This document shows positions 28,902 to 39,067 of a stretch of DNA of 64,000 nt, one piece after another. The stretch spans positions 1,840,565-1,904,564 of the forward strand of contig CAXXDN010000002.1 in assembly GCA_963667465.2 (NCBI GenBank), written 5' to 3'. The notes below the pieces were generated by a model. It had not been told where the DNA came from, did no database searches, and saw only the letters and a list, made by a program, of their open reading frames with translations. The stretch comes from Dehalococcoidia bacterium (lineage in GTDB: Bacteria; Chloroflexota; Dehalococcoidia; UBA2979). Position 1 is the first letter of the stretch; each line of letters opens with the position of its first letter. Both the position numbers and the translations under genes were made by a program.

Positions 28902-31730
28902 TTGGTTCAAGAGACCCCTGACCGCATCCAGACCACGCGCATCGAAGACGAGATGCGCGACTCCTACCTCGACTACGCGATGTCGGTCATCGTCTCGCGC
29001 GCGCTGCCCGATGTGCGCGACGGGCTCAAGCCGGTGCAGCGCCGCATCCTCTTCGGGATGCAGGAGCTGGGGGTCGGCCCCAACTCCGCGCTGAAGAAGA
29101 CCGCCCGTGTGGTCGGCGAGGTGATGGGCAAGTTCCACCCGCACGGCGACCAGGCGATCTACGACACGCTGGTGCGGATGGCGCAGGACTTCACGATGCG
29201 CTACCCGCTCGTCACCGGGCAGGGCAACTTCGGCTCGATCGACGGCGATCCGCCCGCGCAGATGCGCTACACCGAGGCGCGCCTCGCCCCGATCGCCAGC
29301 GAGTTGCTCGCCGACCTCGACCGCAACACCGTGGACTTCCAGCCGAACTTCGACGATTCCGTGAACGAGCCGGTGGTGCTGCCCTCGCGCATCCCGAACC
29401 TGCTGCTCAACGGCGCGAGCGGGATCGCGGTCGGGATGGCAACGAACGTCCCGCCGCACAACCTCAACGAGATCTGCGACGCGCTGACGCTGCTGATCGA
29501 CCGCCCCGAGGCGGGCATCGACGAGCTGATGGAGCACGTGCAGGGGCCGGACTTCCCGACACGCGGCCGCATCTTCGGGCGCGAGGCGATCCGGCAGGCC
29601 TACGCCAGCGGGCGCGGCAAGGTCACGATGCAGGGCGTGATCGCGCACGAGCAGACCGAGGCCGGCCGCATCCAGCTGATCGTCACCGAGCTGCCCTACC
29701 AGGTCAACAAATCCACGCTGATCCAGCGCATCGCCGACCTCGTGCGCAACAAGCGCATCGAGGGCGTCTCCGACCTGCGCGACGAGTCCGATCGCGATGG
29801 CATGCGGATCGTGATCGAGCTGTCGCGCACCGGCACGCCAGCGGCGGTGGAGGCGCAGCTGTTCAAGCTCACGGCGCTGCAATCGACCTTCGCGGTCAAC
29901 ATGCTCGCGCTGGTCGACGGCCGCCCGAAGACGGTCAGCCTCAAGGAGGCGCTGGAGGCGTTCATCGACCACCGGCGCGAGGTGATCCGCAGGCGCAGCG
30001 AGTTCGACCTCGAGAAGGCCCTCGACCGCGCCGAGATCCTCGAGGGCCTGCTGAAGGCGATCGAGCAGCTCGACTGGGTGATCGCGACGATCCGCGCCTC
30101 GGAGTCCGCGGACGCGGCGAAGACCGCGCTGATGGCGGGCCCCGAGGCGTCCGCCGAGGCGGACACCGAGGAGCCGTGGCTGTCGGAGCGGCAGGCGCAG
30201 GCCGTGCTGGACATGCAGCTGCGCCGCCTCGCCGCGCTCGAGCGGCAGCGCATCGAGGACGAACACGCGGAGCTCGCCGAGCAGATCGCGTGGCTGCGCG
30301 ATCTGCTCGCGAACCCGGAGAAGATCGACGGACTGATCAAGGACGACTGCGCCGAACTGAAGGAGCAGTACGGCGATGCGCGCCTCACCCGGGCGTTCGC
30401 GCGACCCGCCGAGGAGATCTCGGCGGAGGACCTGGTCCCGCATCAGCGCATCGTCGTCACGATCTCGGACGCCGGCTACATGAAGCGCGTGCCGCTGGAG
30501 ACGTACCGCCGCCAGCGCCGCGGCGGGCGCGGCATCACCGGCGCGCCGACGCGCGACGAAGACGCCGCCAACCATCTCGTCGTCTGCGACACGCACGACT
30601 CGCTGCTGCTCTTCACCCAGCAGGGCCGCGTCTACTCGCTGCGCGGCTACGAGGCGCCCGAGGCGACGCGTCAGGCGCGCGGCATCCCCGTCGTGAACCT
30701 CGTGGAGATGGAGGCGACGGACCGCGTCACCGGCGTGGTCGTGGTCGCCGACTTCAGCCGCGACTCGATGGTCCTGGCGACGGCGGGCGGCGACGTGAAG
30801 CGCACGCCGCTGGAGCAGTTCGAGTCCGTGCGCCGCGCCGGCCTGATCGCGATGAAGCTGAAGCGCGGCGACAGCCTGATCGCGGCGCACGGAGCGGCGG
30901 ACAGCCACGACGCACTGCTGGTCAGCAGCGGCGGCCGGGCGATCCGCTTCCCGGTCGGCTCGCTGCGCGTCGCTTCGCGAGCCTCCGGAGGCGTGCGTGG
31001 GATGCGGCTGCGCACTGGCGAGCGCGTGGTCGGGCTCGTGATCGATACCGACGGCGAGGATCTGCTCGTCGTCTCGGAGCAGGGCGTCGGCAAGCGCACG
31101 CCGATCGCGGAGTACCCGACGAAGGGCCGCGGCGGCAAAGGCATGGTCGCCTTCCGCGTCACGGACCGCAGCGGTCCGCTCGCCGTCGCGCGCGCCGTGA
31201 CCACCGGCCAGGAGATCATCCTCGTCTCGCGGGACGGGATCGTGATGCGCACGCACGCGGAGACGATCAGCCAGCAGGGTCGAGGCACGCAGGGCGTGGC
31301 GGTGATGAACATCGGCGAGGGGGACACCCTCGCCGCGATCGCCCTCATCGACCTCGACGAGGACCGGCCGCCACGGCGGCGCGACCCGGAGCCGGACGCC
31401 CCGGACGAAGACGACACCTCCGAGGCGACCGCCGAGGGCGAGGCGACCGCCGAGGGCGAGGCGACCGCCGAGGGCGAGGCGCCGCGGAAGGCCGCCGACG
31501 TCGGCAGCGTGACGGACGAGGAACTGCGCGCTGCCCTCGAGGCGGCGCTGCCGGCCGGGGAGTGGACCCCGCATCTGCAGGCGCTGAAGACGGCGGCCCG
31601 GCAACTGCGCTTCGCTCGCCTCTCGCAAGCGCTGCAAAAGGCCCTGGGACGCGCGATCCACGCGGCCGTCGTCGAGGGCTGGATCGAGGAGAACGGGGAA
31701 ACGCAGGAGCTGCGCCGGCCGGGCGCCTGA
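28902..31730 (+). CDS. gyrA: DNA gyrase subunit A with acidic linker and extra C-terminal domain
   Basis: [26 protein letters not shown], GyrA-box QRRGGRG. Confidence 0.96.
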   Translation: MVQETPDRIQTTRIEDEMRDSYLDYAMSVIVSRALPDVRDGLKPVQRRILFGMQELGVGPNSALKKTARVVGEVMGKFHPHGDQAIYDTLVRMAQDFTMRYPLVTGQGNFGSIDGDPPAQMRYTEARLAPIASELLADLDRNTVDFQPNFDDSVNEPVVLPSRIPNLLLNGASGIAVGMATNVPPHNLNEICDALTLLIDRPEAGIDELMEHVQGPDFPTRGRIFGREAIRQAYASGRGKVTMQGVIAHEQTEAGRIQLIVTELPYQVNKSTLIQRIADLVRNKRIEGVSDLRDESDRDGMRIVIELSRTGTPAAVEAQLFKLTALQSTFAVNMLALVDGRPKTVSLKEALEAFIDHRREVIRRRSEFDLEKALDRAEILEGLLKAIEQLDWVIATIRASESADAAKTALMAGPEASAEADTEEPWLSERQAQAVLDMQLRRLAALERQRIEDEHAELAEQIAWLRDLLANPEKIDGLIKDDCAELKEQYGDARLTRAFARPAEEISAEDLVPHQRIVVTISDAGYMKRVPLETYRRQRRGGRGITGAPTRDEDAANHLVVCDTHDSLLLFTQQGRVYSLRGYEAPEATRQARGIPVVNLVEMEATDRVTGVVVVADFSRDSMVLATAGGDVKRTPLEQFESVRRAGLIAMKLKRGDSLIAAHGAADSHDALLVSSGGRAIRFPVGSLRVASRASGGVRGMRLRTGERVVGLVIDTDGEDLLVVSEQGVGKRTPIAEYPTKGRGGKGMVAFRVTDRSGPLAVARAVTTGQEIILVSRDGIVMRTHAETISQQGRGTQGVAVMNIGEGDTLAAIALIDLDEDRPPRRRDPEPDAPDEDDTSEATAEGEATAEGEATAEGEAPRKAADVGSVTDEELRAALEAALPAGEWTPHLQALKTAARQLRFARLSQALQKALGRAIHAAVVEGWIEENGETQELRRPGA

Positions 31731-31749
31731 CGCGGCCCGGAGCGCGCCC

Positions 31750-32751
31750 ATGAGCCTCAGCGACCTCGGCGAGTTCGGGCTGATCGAGCGCATCATCGAG
31801 CGCCTCGGCGACACCGCCGCACACGATATCCTCGTGCCCCCGGGCGACGACGCGGCGGCCTGGACACACGAGGGCGCGGCGGCCGTCGCGACGGTCGACA
31901 GCCTCGCCGAGGGCACGCACTGGCGGCGCGACACGATGTCGCTGGCGGACGTCGGCTGGCGCAGCGTCGCGACCAGCCTCTCCGACCTCGCCGCGATGGG
32001 CGCCGAGCCGGGTCCGCTGCTGGTCGCCGCGCAGCTCGGCCCCGACGTCACGCTCGCTGACCTCGACAGGTTCGTGGACGGGCTGGCCGCGGCCTGCCGC
32101 TGCTTCGGCGCGCGCATCGCCGGCGGCAACATCGCGCGGGCAGCGAGTACGAGCTTCAGCGCGACGGCGATCGGGAGCGCGCGCGACGCCGGGGCCTTGC
32201 TGCGCCGCGACGCTGCCCGCCCCGGCGACGCGGTCGCCGTCTCCGGGGCGCCGGGCGCCGCAGCCGCCGGCCTGGCGCTGATCGAGGAGGGCCGGGAGGC
32301 ACAGCTGGAGGCGGCGACGCTGCTCGCCGCCCACCGCCGGCCAATGGCGCGGATCGAGCTCGGACGCGTGGCGGCCACTGCCGGGCTGCGCTGCGGCATC
32401 GACCTCTCGGACGGGTTGCTGCAGGACCTCGGTCACGTCGCGGAGGCCTCGGGCGTGGGCATCGAGATCGAGGCGACGGTGCTGCCGCTGCACCCGGCCG
32501 CCGTGGCGCTGCTGGGCCGCGATCGGGCGCTCGCGCTGGCGCTGGGGGGCGGCGAGGACTACGAACTGGCGCTTTGCGGGCCTGCTGCTACGCTCGACTC
32601 GCTCGGGCCGGGCGGCGAGTCCGAGGCCGGACTGCCGCCGCTGACACGCATCGGCCGGGTCACCGCGAAGCCGCCCGGCGAGGCGTTCGCCCTCAATCCG
32701 GCGGGGCGGCGCATCGACCCGGCAGCCACGGGCTGGGACCAGCTGCGCTGA
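31750..32751 (+). CDS. thiL: Thiamine-monophosphate kinase
   Basis: GEFGLI, GDDAA, SDLAAMGA, DLSDGL, GGEDYEL. Confidence 0.93.
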   Translation: MSLSDLGEFGLIERIIERLGDTAAHDILVPPGDDAAAWTHEGAAAVATVDSLAEGTHWRRDTMSLADVGWRSVATSLSDLAAMGAEPGPLLVAAQLGPDVTLADLDRFVDGLAAACRCFGARIAGGNIARAASTSFSATAIGSARDAGALLRRDAARPGDAVAVSGAPGAAAAGLALIEEGREAQLEAATLLAAHRRPMARIELGRVAATAGLRCGIDLSDGLLQDLGHVAEASGVGIEIEATVLPLHPAAVALLGRDRALALALGGGEDYELALCGPAATLDSLGPGGESEAGLPPLTRIGRVTAKPPGEAFALNPAGRRIDPAATGWDQLR

Positions 32752-32797
32752 GCCGCACGTCGGCGACGGACCGGCCGCCAGCGACGGAGCGAGACAC

Positions 32798-33316
32798 GTG
32801 CACACCGCCAACCGCATGCTCGTGACGACGAAGGGCGCGGCTCGCACGCGCGCCCTCGGCCGGCGGCTCGCGCGGCTGCTGCGCCCCGGCGACGTGGTGC
32901 TGCTGCAGGGGCCGCTGGGCGCGGGCAAGACCACGCTCGCGCAGGGCGTCGGCGCCGGCCTCGGCGTCGCCGGGCCGGTCAACAGCCCCACCTTCGTCCT
33001 GCTCGCCCGCCACGACCTCGCGAGCCCCGAGGGCCGCAGCGCGGGGAGCACGGACCGCCCGGATGCGCTGCACCACGCCGACCTCTTCCGGCTGACGGAG
33101 GTCGAGGAGGTCGAGGAGCTGGCGCTCGCCGAGCAGGCCGCGGACGGCGCGTTGCTGGTCGAGTGGCCGGAGCGGGGCCTCGAGGCGCTCCCGAGCGAGC
33201 ACCTGCTCGTCGCGATCGAGTTCTCGCCAGAACGCGACGACGAGCGGCGGCTCACCTTCGTCGCCGTCGGCGAGCGCTACCACCGCATCCTCGACGGCCT
33301 CGGCGGGCGTGGCTGA
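32798..33316 (+). CDS. tsaE: tRNA t6A ATPase TsaE
   Basis: GPLGAGKTT, SPTF, HADLFRL, VEWPE. Confidence 0.93.
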   Translation: MHTANRMLVTTKGAARTRALGRRLARLLRPGDVVLLQGPLGAGKTTLAQGVGAGLGVAGPVNSPTFVLLARHDLASPEGRSAGSTDRPDALHHADLFRLTEVEEVEELALAEQAADGALLVEWPERGLEALPSEHLLVAIEFSPERDDERRLTFVAVGERYHRILDGLGGRG

Positions 33317-34002
33317 TGCGGCGCATCGAACTGGGCATCGACAGCGCCTCCAGCCAGGCCGGCGTCGCCCTCTTCGACGGCGACAAGCTGCTCACGGAGC
33401 GGCGCTGGATGGTGGAGACGAACTACTCGCGCGAGCTGCTCGGCGGCATCGACGCGGCGCTGGGCGAGGCCGGCGTCGAGCGCGGCGAACTCGCGGCGAT
33501 CGCCGTCGACGCGGGGCCGGGAGGCTACTCGGGGCTGCGCAGCGGCGTGGCGACGGCGCAAGGGCTCGCGCTCGCGCTCGGCATCCCGCTGGCGGGCGTC
33601 TCACGCCTCGAGGCGGCGGCGTTCCCGCACCTCGGAGGCGGCCGGCCGGTCGTCGCCGCACACCAGGCGGGCGGCGGACGCATCGCCTGGGCCGCCTACG
33701 CGGACGGCGGCGGCGGGGCTCCCGCGATCCTCGAGGCGCCACGCCTCGACGAGCTGGACGCCTGCCTGGGCGCTGCGCCGCGCGGCGCGCGCTGGTGCGG
33801 CGAGCTGAGCGAGGAGCTGCTGGCCGCCCTCGAGGGCGGCGACGGGACGGCGGTGGCCGCCGCGGAGAACGTGCGCCGCGCCGCCGACCTGGTGCGGCTG
33901 GCAAAGCTGCACGAGGCCTACGGCGATCCGGCGCTGGTCGACGTGGTGTACCTGCGGCCGCCGCCGATCACGCGGGCAGCGGCAGGCACGAGGACGAACT
34001 GA
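33316..34002 (+). CDS. tsaB: tRNA t6A biosynthesis protein TsaB
   Basis: [21 protein letters not shown]; coupled to tsaE. Confidence 0.88.
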   Translation: MRRIELGIDSASSQAGVALFDGDKLLTERRWMVETNYSRELLGGIDAALGEAGVERGELAAIAVDAGPGGYSGLRSGVATAQGLALALGIPLAGVSRLEAAAFPHLGGGRPVVAAHQAGGGRIAWAAYADGGGGAPAILEAPRLDELDACLGAAPRGARWCGELSEELLAALEGGDGTAVAAAENVRRAADLVRLAKLHEAYGDPALVDVVYLRPPPITRAAAGTRTN

Positions 34003-34036
34003 GTACACGGGCGGAACGCACGGAGAAGGAGCGCAC

Positions 34037-34486
34037 ATGGAACGCACGCTGATCCTGGTGAAGCCGGACGCCGTCCAGCGCGGGCTGATCGGCGAGGTGC
34101 TGGGCCGCCTCGAGCGGCGCGGGCTGCGGCTCGTGGCGCTGCGCCTGATGCAGGCGGACGAGGCACTGGCGCGCCGCCACTACGGGGAGCACGAGGGCAA
34201 GCCGTTCTTCGCGGGCCTCGTTGACTACATCACCTCGAGCCCGCTGATCGCGGCAGTGTTCGAGGGTCCGGACGCGATCGCCGCCGCGCGCCAGACGATG
34301 GGGTCGACGAACCCCGTCGAGGCCGCGCCGGGCACGATCCGCGGCGACCTCGCCCTCGAGGTGGGCCGCAACCTGGTGCACGGTTCGGACAGCCCGGACA
34401 GCGCGGCGCGAGAGATCGCGCTCTTCTTTGGCGACGAGGCGGCGCCCTCCTGGGAGCGCGACACGGACCGCTGGATCCTGGAGTAG
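34037..34486 (+). CDS. ndk: Nucleoside diphosphate kinase
   Basis: [30 protein letters not shown]. Confidence 0.96.
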   Translation: MERTLILVKPDAVQRGLIGEVLGRLERRGLRLVALRLMQADEALARRHYGEHEGKPFFAGLVDYITSSPLIAAVFEGPDAIAAARQTMGSTNPVEAAPGTIRGDLALEVGRNLVHGSDSPDSAAREIALFFGDEAAPSWERDTDRWILE

Positions 34487-34572
34487 CGCCCGCTACGCGG
34501 GCAACTCGCGCAGGACCGGTCCTGCGCGAGTTGCCTCCCGATCAAACACTGACTAGTCTGGTACCTAGTCAA

Positions 34573-34851
34573 ATGGCGATGGGAGTGCACGTGGGCGGGA
34601 GCTGGCAGGTCCAGGACGCCAAGGCGCGCTTCAGCGAGCTACTCGAGACAAGCCTCGCTGAAGGGCCACAGATCGTCACCAAGCGGGGCGTCGAGACCGC
34701 CGTGCTGGTCCCGATCGACCAGTGGCGCCGGATGGAGCGCTTGACGAGGCCGAACATCAAGGAGTGGCTGCTCGCGGCCGGGCCTCGCACCGAGGCGCTG
34801 ACCCCGCCCCGGCGCGAGTTCCGACGCCGCCCACCGCCACGGCTCGATTAG
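34573..34851 (+). CDS. Phd/YefM-family antitoxin
   Basis: WQVQDAKARFSELL...GPQIVTKRG; start 34573 or 34591; palindromic GACTAG/CTAGTC operator-like sequence at 34550-34571. Confidence 0.88.
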   Translation: MAMGVHVGGSWQVQDAKARFSELLETSLAEGPQIVTKRGVETAVLVPIDQWRRMERLTRPNIKEWLLAAGPRTEALTPPRREFRRRPPPRLD

Positions 34852-34857
34852 CCCCAC

Positions 34858-35280
34858 GTGTACCTGCTCGACACGAACGTCGTCTCCGAGTTGCGCCGCC
34901 CTCGCCCACATCCACTGGTGCTCGACTGGATCCGCGATGTACCGGCCGAGCGGCTGCATGTTTGCGCGGTCACGATCGGTGAAGTCCAGGCTGGTATTGA
35001 GATCACACGCGAGCAGGACGCCGCGAGGGCGGAGGAACTGGAGGCCTGGCTCGAGGATCGCGTGCTCGGCGACTTCGACATTCTGACGCTCGACGCCGCC
35101 GCCTTTCGTGAGTGGGGGCGGCTGATGCATCGGCGCTCAGACACATTGATCCAGGACGCGATGATCGCCGCGGTCGCCGTCGTCCACGGCCTGAGGGTGG
35201 TGACCCGCAACGTTCGCGACTTCGAGCAGCTCGGCGTAGCAGTGCTCGACCCGTTCGCGGAGCACGACGGGATCTCCTGA
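34858..35280 (+). CDS. vapC: VapC/PIN toxin
   Basis: YLLDTNVVSEL, DAMIAA, VTRNVRDF. Confidence 0.92.
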   Translation: MYLLDTNVVSELRRPRPHPLVLDWIRDVPAERLHVCAVTIGEVQAGIEITREQDAARAEELEAWLEDRVLGDFDILTLDAAAFREWGRLMHRRSDTLIQDAMIAAVAVVHGLRVVTRNVRDFEQLGVAVLDPFAEHDGIS

Positions 35281-35284
35281 CGCA

Positions 35285-36535
35285 TCAACCGAATTCGCCG
35301 CGCGGGCGGCCAGCGAGGATGACGAAGACGGCCGACAGCGCCGTCAACGGGGCGTAGATCGTGAAGATCAACTCGTAGCTGCCGAACTCGTCGAACGCGA
35401 GCCCCGCGAGGAACGGCCCGAGCATCCCAAACGGCATCGTGAGCGTCGAGGCGAGCCCTTGCAGGGTGCCGAAGCGGCGCGGTCCGAAGTGGTCGGCGAT
35501 CGCCGTGATGAAGAGGATCACCCAGATCGCGTGCCCCGTCGCGTACGTCAGGTAGTAGAGCGGCAGCAGCCACAGCCGGTCCGTGCCGAGCTGCGCGAAG
35601 AAGAGCAGCCCGACGCCCTGCAGGACGAACGACGCGATGTAGAGCTCATGCCTCCCGACGAGGTCGGCGAGCCAGCCCACGGCGGGTCGCATCGCGACCT
35701 GCACCACCCCGTAGATCGCAACGACCAGGCCCGCCTCGGGCAGCGAGAATCCCGAGTTCGTCATGTGCGGCACCTGGTGCACCGTCCAGGCGATCGACTG
35801 GCCCGCCGTGAACCCCGTCGAGAGCGTGAGCAGGTAAAAGGCGCGGCGGCGAAGGGCGTCGGACACGCTCATCCCCACCAGCGACGACGCAGGGGTGGTG
35901 GAGGCTCCCGTTTGAGGCAAGGCCTCGCCGTCGGGGAGCAGACCGTAGTGCTCCGGGCGGTCGCGCACGAGCAGGGCCACCACGATTCCGACGACGAAGA
36001 TCAGCAGCGCGACGATCACGAGCGCCTCGCGCCAGCCGGCGGCGGTCACGAGCAGCGCGAACAGCGGGACGATGAAGTAGCCGCCCCCACGGCCGGCGGC
36101 GACGATGCCCATCGCCCTCGCCCGCTTGCGCTGGAACCAGTTCATCATGGCCGCGTTGATCGGCACGCCCATCCCGAGGCTCTGGCCCAGCGCGGCGATA
36201 ATGCTCGCCGCGTAGTAGGCGGGCAGCGTGTGCGCCTGCGAGAAGAGCAGCAGGCCACCCGCGAGCAGCACGACGCCCGCCAGGATCATCTTCCGCGGGC
36301 CGAGCCGATCGACGAGCACCCCGCCGATCGGCGCGAGCAGGCCCTGCTCGAAGCTGCGCAGCGAGAACCCGAGCGAGATCGCCGCGATGCTCCAGCCCAG
36401 CTCCTGCTGCATCGGCTCGATCAGCACACCCAGACCGAGCGAGGCGATCCCGAAGGCGATCAGGTTGAGCGCGCCGCCGCCGGCCGCGATGTACCAGCCG
36501 TAGAACACCGGGCCGGCCGGCCTCGACACGCGCAC
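35285..36535 (-). CDS. MFS transporter
   Basis: FYGWYI start, GVLVDRLGPRK motif A, about 12 TM; start estimated. Confidence 0.88.
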   Translation of the reverse strand: MRVSRPAGPVFYGWYIAAGGGALNLIAFGIASLGLGVLIEPMQQELGWSIAAISLGFSLRSFEQGLLAPIGGVLVDRLGPRKMILAGVVLLAGGLLLFSQAHTLPAYYAASIIAALGQSLGMGVPINAAMMNWFQRKRARAMGIVAAGRGGGYFIVPLFALLVTAAGWREALVIVALLIFVVGIVVALLVRDRPEHYGLLPDGEALPQTGASTTPASSLVGMSVSDALRRRAFYLLTLSTGFTAGQSIAWTVHQVPHMTNSGFSLPEAGLVVAIYGVVQVAMRPAVGWLADLVGRHELYIASFVLQGVGLLFFAQLGTDRLWLLPLYYLTYATGHAIWVILFITAIADHFGPRRFGTLQGLASTLTMPFGMLGPFLAGLAFDEFGSYELIFTIYAPLTALSAVFVILAGRPRGEFG

Positions 36536-36539
36536 GGGG

Positions 36540-36896
36540 CTACTGGATGTGGACAACCTCGCGGGCGCGCTGCCACAGGCCCTCAAGGTTGTAGTAGGCG
36601 CGCTGCTCGACCGAGAAGATGTGCACCACCGTGTCGCCGAGGTCCGCGAGCCGCCAGCCGTCCTCGTTGCGGCCTTCCCAGAGCGGGCGGTTGGCACGGC
36701 GGGCGCCCTCGCGCGTCGCGGCGATCTCGTCGACGGCGTCGGCGAGCGCGCGCATCTGGCGCTCACTGTCGGCGCTGGCGATCACGAAGTAGTCGGCGAA
36801 GGTGGAGAGACCGGCGAGGTCCAGCAGCACGACGTCTGACGCCTGGCGATCGACCAGGGCATCGACGACGTCGCGCGCAACCTGTAGCCCGTCCAG
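36540..36896 (-). CDS. rsfS: Ribosome silencing factor RsfS
   Basis: ADYFVIAS, DLGDTVVHIF, YYNLEGLW; probable CTG start after AAGGAGG. Confidence 0.9.
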   Translation of the reverse strand: MDGLQVARDVVDALVDRQASDVVLLDLAGLSTFADYFVIASADSERQMRALADAVDEIAATREGARRANRPLWEGRNEDGWRLADLGDTVVHIFSVEQRAYYNLEGLWQRAREVVHIQ

Positions 36897-37016
36897 ACGC
36901 GCATCCCTCCTTGGACGCCCGCGGCGGTCACGGCCGCGAGGCGCCTGGAGTATAGAGGAGACCGCTGCTCCTCGAGCGCCGGTGGCCTAGCGCGCTTGCC
37001 GTCCTACAATGGATCG

Positions 37017-38141
37017 ATGAGCGATTCCCGCATCCTGGTGGCGATGTCCGGCGGCGTCGACTCGGCGGTCGCGGCCGCGATCCTGCATCGCGACGGCTAC
37101 GCGGTGGTCGGCGTGACGCTGCGTCTCTACACCGAGGCGGACCCGACAGCGCTGCGCTCGAAGCGCGCCTGCTGCGGCGTCGAGGACGTCGCCGACGCGC
37201 GCGCCGCCGCGCAGCGCATCGGCATCCCGCACTACGTGCTCAACATGGAGCGCGAGTTCGAGCGCGACGTGATCGAGGTATTCGCGTCCGCCTACCGCAA
37301 CGGGCGCACGCCCAACCCTTGCCTCGAGTGCAACGACCGCGTGAAGTTCCGCACGCTGCTCGACCGCGCCGACGCGCTCGGCTTCGAGCTGCTGGCGACC
37401 GGGCACTACGCGCGCATCCGCGAGCGCCCTTCAGGCCTGGACGGCGCCGGCGGCGGCCTCTCGCTGCACGCGGCGGCGGACGAGGCGAAGGACCAGTCCT
37501 ACGTGCTCTACACGCTCGGGCAGGAGCAGCTGGGGCGGCTGCGCTTCCCGCTCGGCGATCTGCCGAAGTCCGAGACGCGGCGGATCGCCTCGGAGCTGGG
37601 CCTGGGCGTGGCGGACAAGCCCGACAGCGCCGACATCTGCTTCGTGCCCGGCGGCGACTACCGCGAGCTGCTGCGCGCCCGTGGGGACAGCTCCCGCGCC
37701 GGCGAGATCCTCGACGCCGACGGCAGCACGCTGCGCGAACACGACGGCGTCGCCGCCTTCACCGTCGGCCAGCGCCGCGGCCTCGGCGTCGCGACCGGCG
37801 AGCGGCGCTACGTCACGGCGATCGACGCGTCAGCCGGCACGGTGCGCCTCGGCGGAGCGGACGACCTGCTCGCGAGCGGCGTCGAGGCGTCCACCCCGCG
37901 CTGGGTGCGCGAGGCGCCGCAGCCCGGTGAGCCGCTGCTCGCCCGCATTCGCGCACACGGGCCGCTGGTCCCGGCGCGCTTCGCGGATCTCGGCTCCGAG
38001 GGTTTCCGCGTCGACTTCGAGCAGCCGCTGCGCGCCGCCGCGCCGGGACAGGCGATCGTGCTCTATCGCGCCGACGAGGAACGCGGACACGAGGTCGCGG
38101 GCGGCGGCACGATTGAGCGAGGACAACCGCCGCTGCGTTGA
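37017..38141 (+). CDS. mnmA: tRNA 2-thiouridylase MnmA
   Basis: AMSGGVDS, TPNPC, ATGHYA, KDQSYVL, ICFV, PGQ. Confidence 0.96.
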   Translation: MSDSRILVAMSGGVDSAVAAAILHRDGYAVVGVTLRLYTEADPTALRSKRACCGVEDVADARAAAQRIGIPHYVLNMEREFERDVIEVFASAYRNGRTPNPCLECNDRVKFRTLLDRADALGFELLATGHYARIRERPSGLDGAGGGLSLHAAADEAKDQSYVLYTLGQEQLGRLRFPLGDLPKSETRRIASELGLGVADKPDSADICFVPGGDYRELLRARGDSSRAGEILDADGSTLREHDGVAAFTVGQRRGLGVATGERRYVTAIDASAGTVRLGGADDLLASGVEASTPRWVREAPQPGEPLLARIRAHGPLVPARFADLGSEGFRVDFEQPLRAAAPGQAIVLYRADEERGHEVAGGGTIERGQPPLR

Positions 38142-38635
38142 GCCTCGGTGGCGGCGCGGGCTACGCTCTACGGTGCGGCGGCGCTGCATTCGAGGCGCCA
38201 CGACGGCTGGAGGCACGGGTGCGCTGGATTCTCATCCTGGTCGGGTTGCTGATCGCGGCGACCATCGCCGCAGCCGTGTGGGCGCTGGTCACCGGCGTCG
38301 TCGAGATCACGCTGGGCGAGGCGCGCGATACCGTGATCATCGTCTACGGCGTACTCGGGATCGTCTTCTTCCTGATCGCGATCATCGCCGCCCTGGCGAT
38401 CGTCTTCGCCGTGCGCATGCTCACCGGCCTCGCCAAAGACGCCTACGAGGAGTCGGCTCGACCGCTGGTGGACGAGGTGCGCGGCACGGTGCAGTCCGTG
38501 CGTGGCAGCGTGGAGTTCGTCTCCGACCAGGCGATCTCCCCGATGATCCGCGTCATCGCCGTCGCGCGCGGCGTGCGCCGCGGCGTGGAAGCGCTGGCCG
38601 GCGTCGCGCGGCGCGGCCGCGGACCGGGCTCCTGA
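38138..38635 (+). CDS. Hypothetical membrane protein
   Basis: Two TM segments; RDTVIIVYG...VRGSVEFVSD; start uncertain. Confidence 0.6.
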   Translation: MSLGGGAGYALRCGGAAFEAPRRLEARVRWILILVGLLIAATIAAAVWALVTGVVEITLGEARDTVIIVYGVLGIVFFLIAIIAALAIVFAVRMLTGLAKDAYEESARPLVDEVRGTVQSVRGSVEFVSDQAISPMIRVIAVARGVRRGVEALAGVARRGRGPGS

Positions 38636-39051
38636 TGCGACCGCGCTGGCCCTCGCGCCGCCGCACGCGCGAGCGTGAGCCGCGCTACCAGGTCGTCGAG
38701 GTGATCGGCGCATCCGAGCAGCTCGACGAGGCGGTCGGGCGCGCGGCCGAGCGGATCACGGAACGGCGCACCTCGGGCGCGACAGGCGGCCGCATCGGCC
38801 TGCGCTCGCTCGCCCTGCTGGTAGCGGCCGTGGCCGGGACGGCGGCGGCCGGCTACGCCGCCGCCCGGGCGCTGCTTGGCCGTGACCTGGACACCGAGCC
38901 GCTGCCCGGCCCGCTCGAAGGCGCCGGCGACGAGCTGCGTGCGGCGCGAGACGCCCTCGAGACGGGCATCGCCGAGGGCCGGCGCGCGAGCGCCGAGGCG
39001 GAGCGCGAGCTGCACGAGGATCTGCGGAATCGTCGCGAGGGCAACCGCTGA
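38635..39051 (+). CDS. Hypothetical protein with one TM segment
   Basis: ATG overlaps the previous stop; LALLVAAVAGTAAAGY. Confidence 0.5.
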   Translation: MRPRWPSRRRTREREPRYQVVEVIGASEQLDEAVGRAAERITERRTSGATGGRIGLRSLALLVAAVAGTAAAGYAAARALLGRDLDTEPLPGPLEGAGDELRAARDALETGIAEGRRASAEAERELHEDLRNRREGNR

Positions 39052-39067
39052 GCCGGCTGCCTCGAAG

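Noticed and set aside
28452-32399. 1315-aa minus-strand ORF and similar long antisense ORFs throughout
   Set aside because: Shadow frames of gyrA/thiL and other real genes caused by high GC3; no recognisable motifs.
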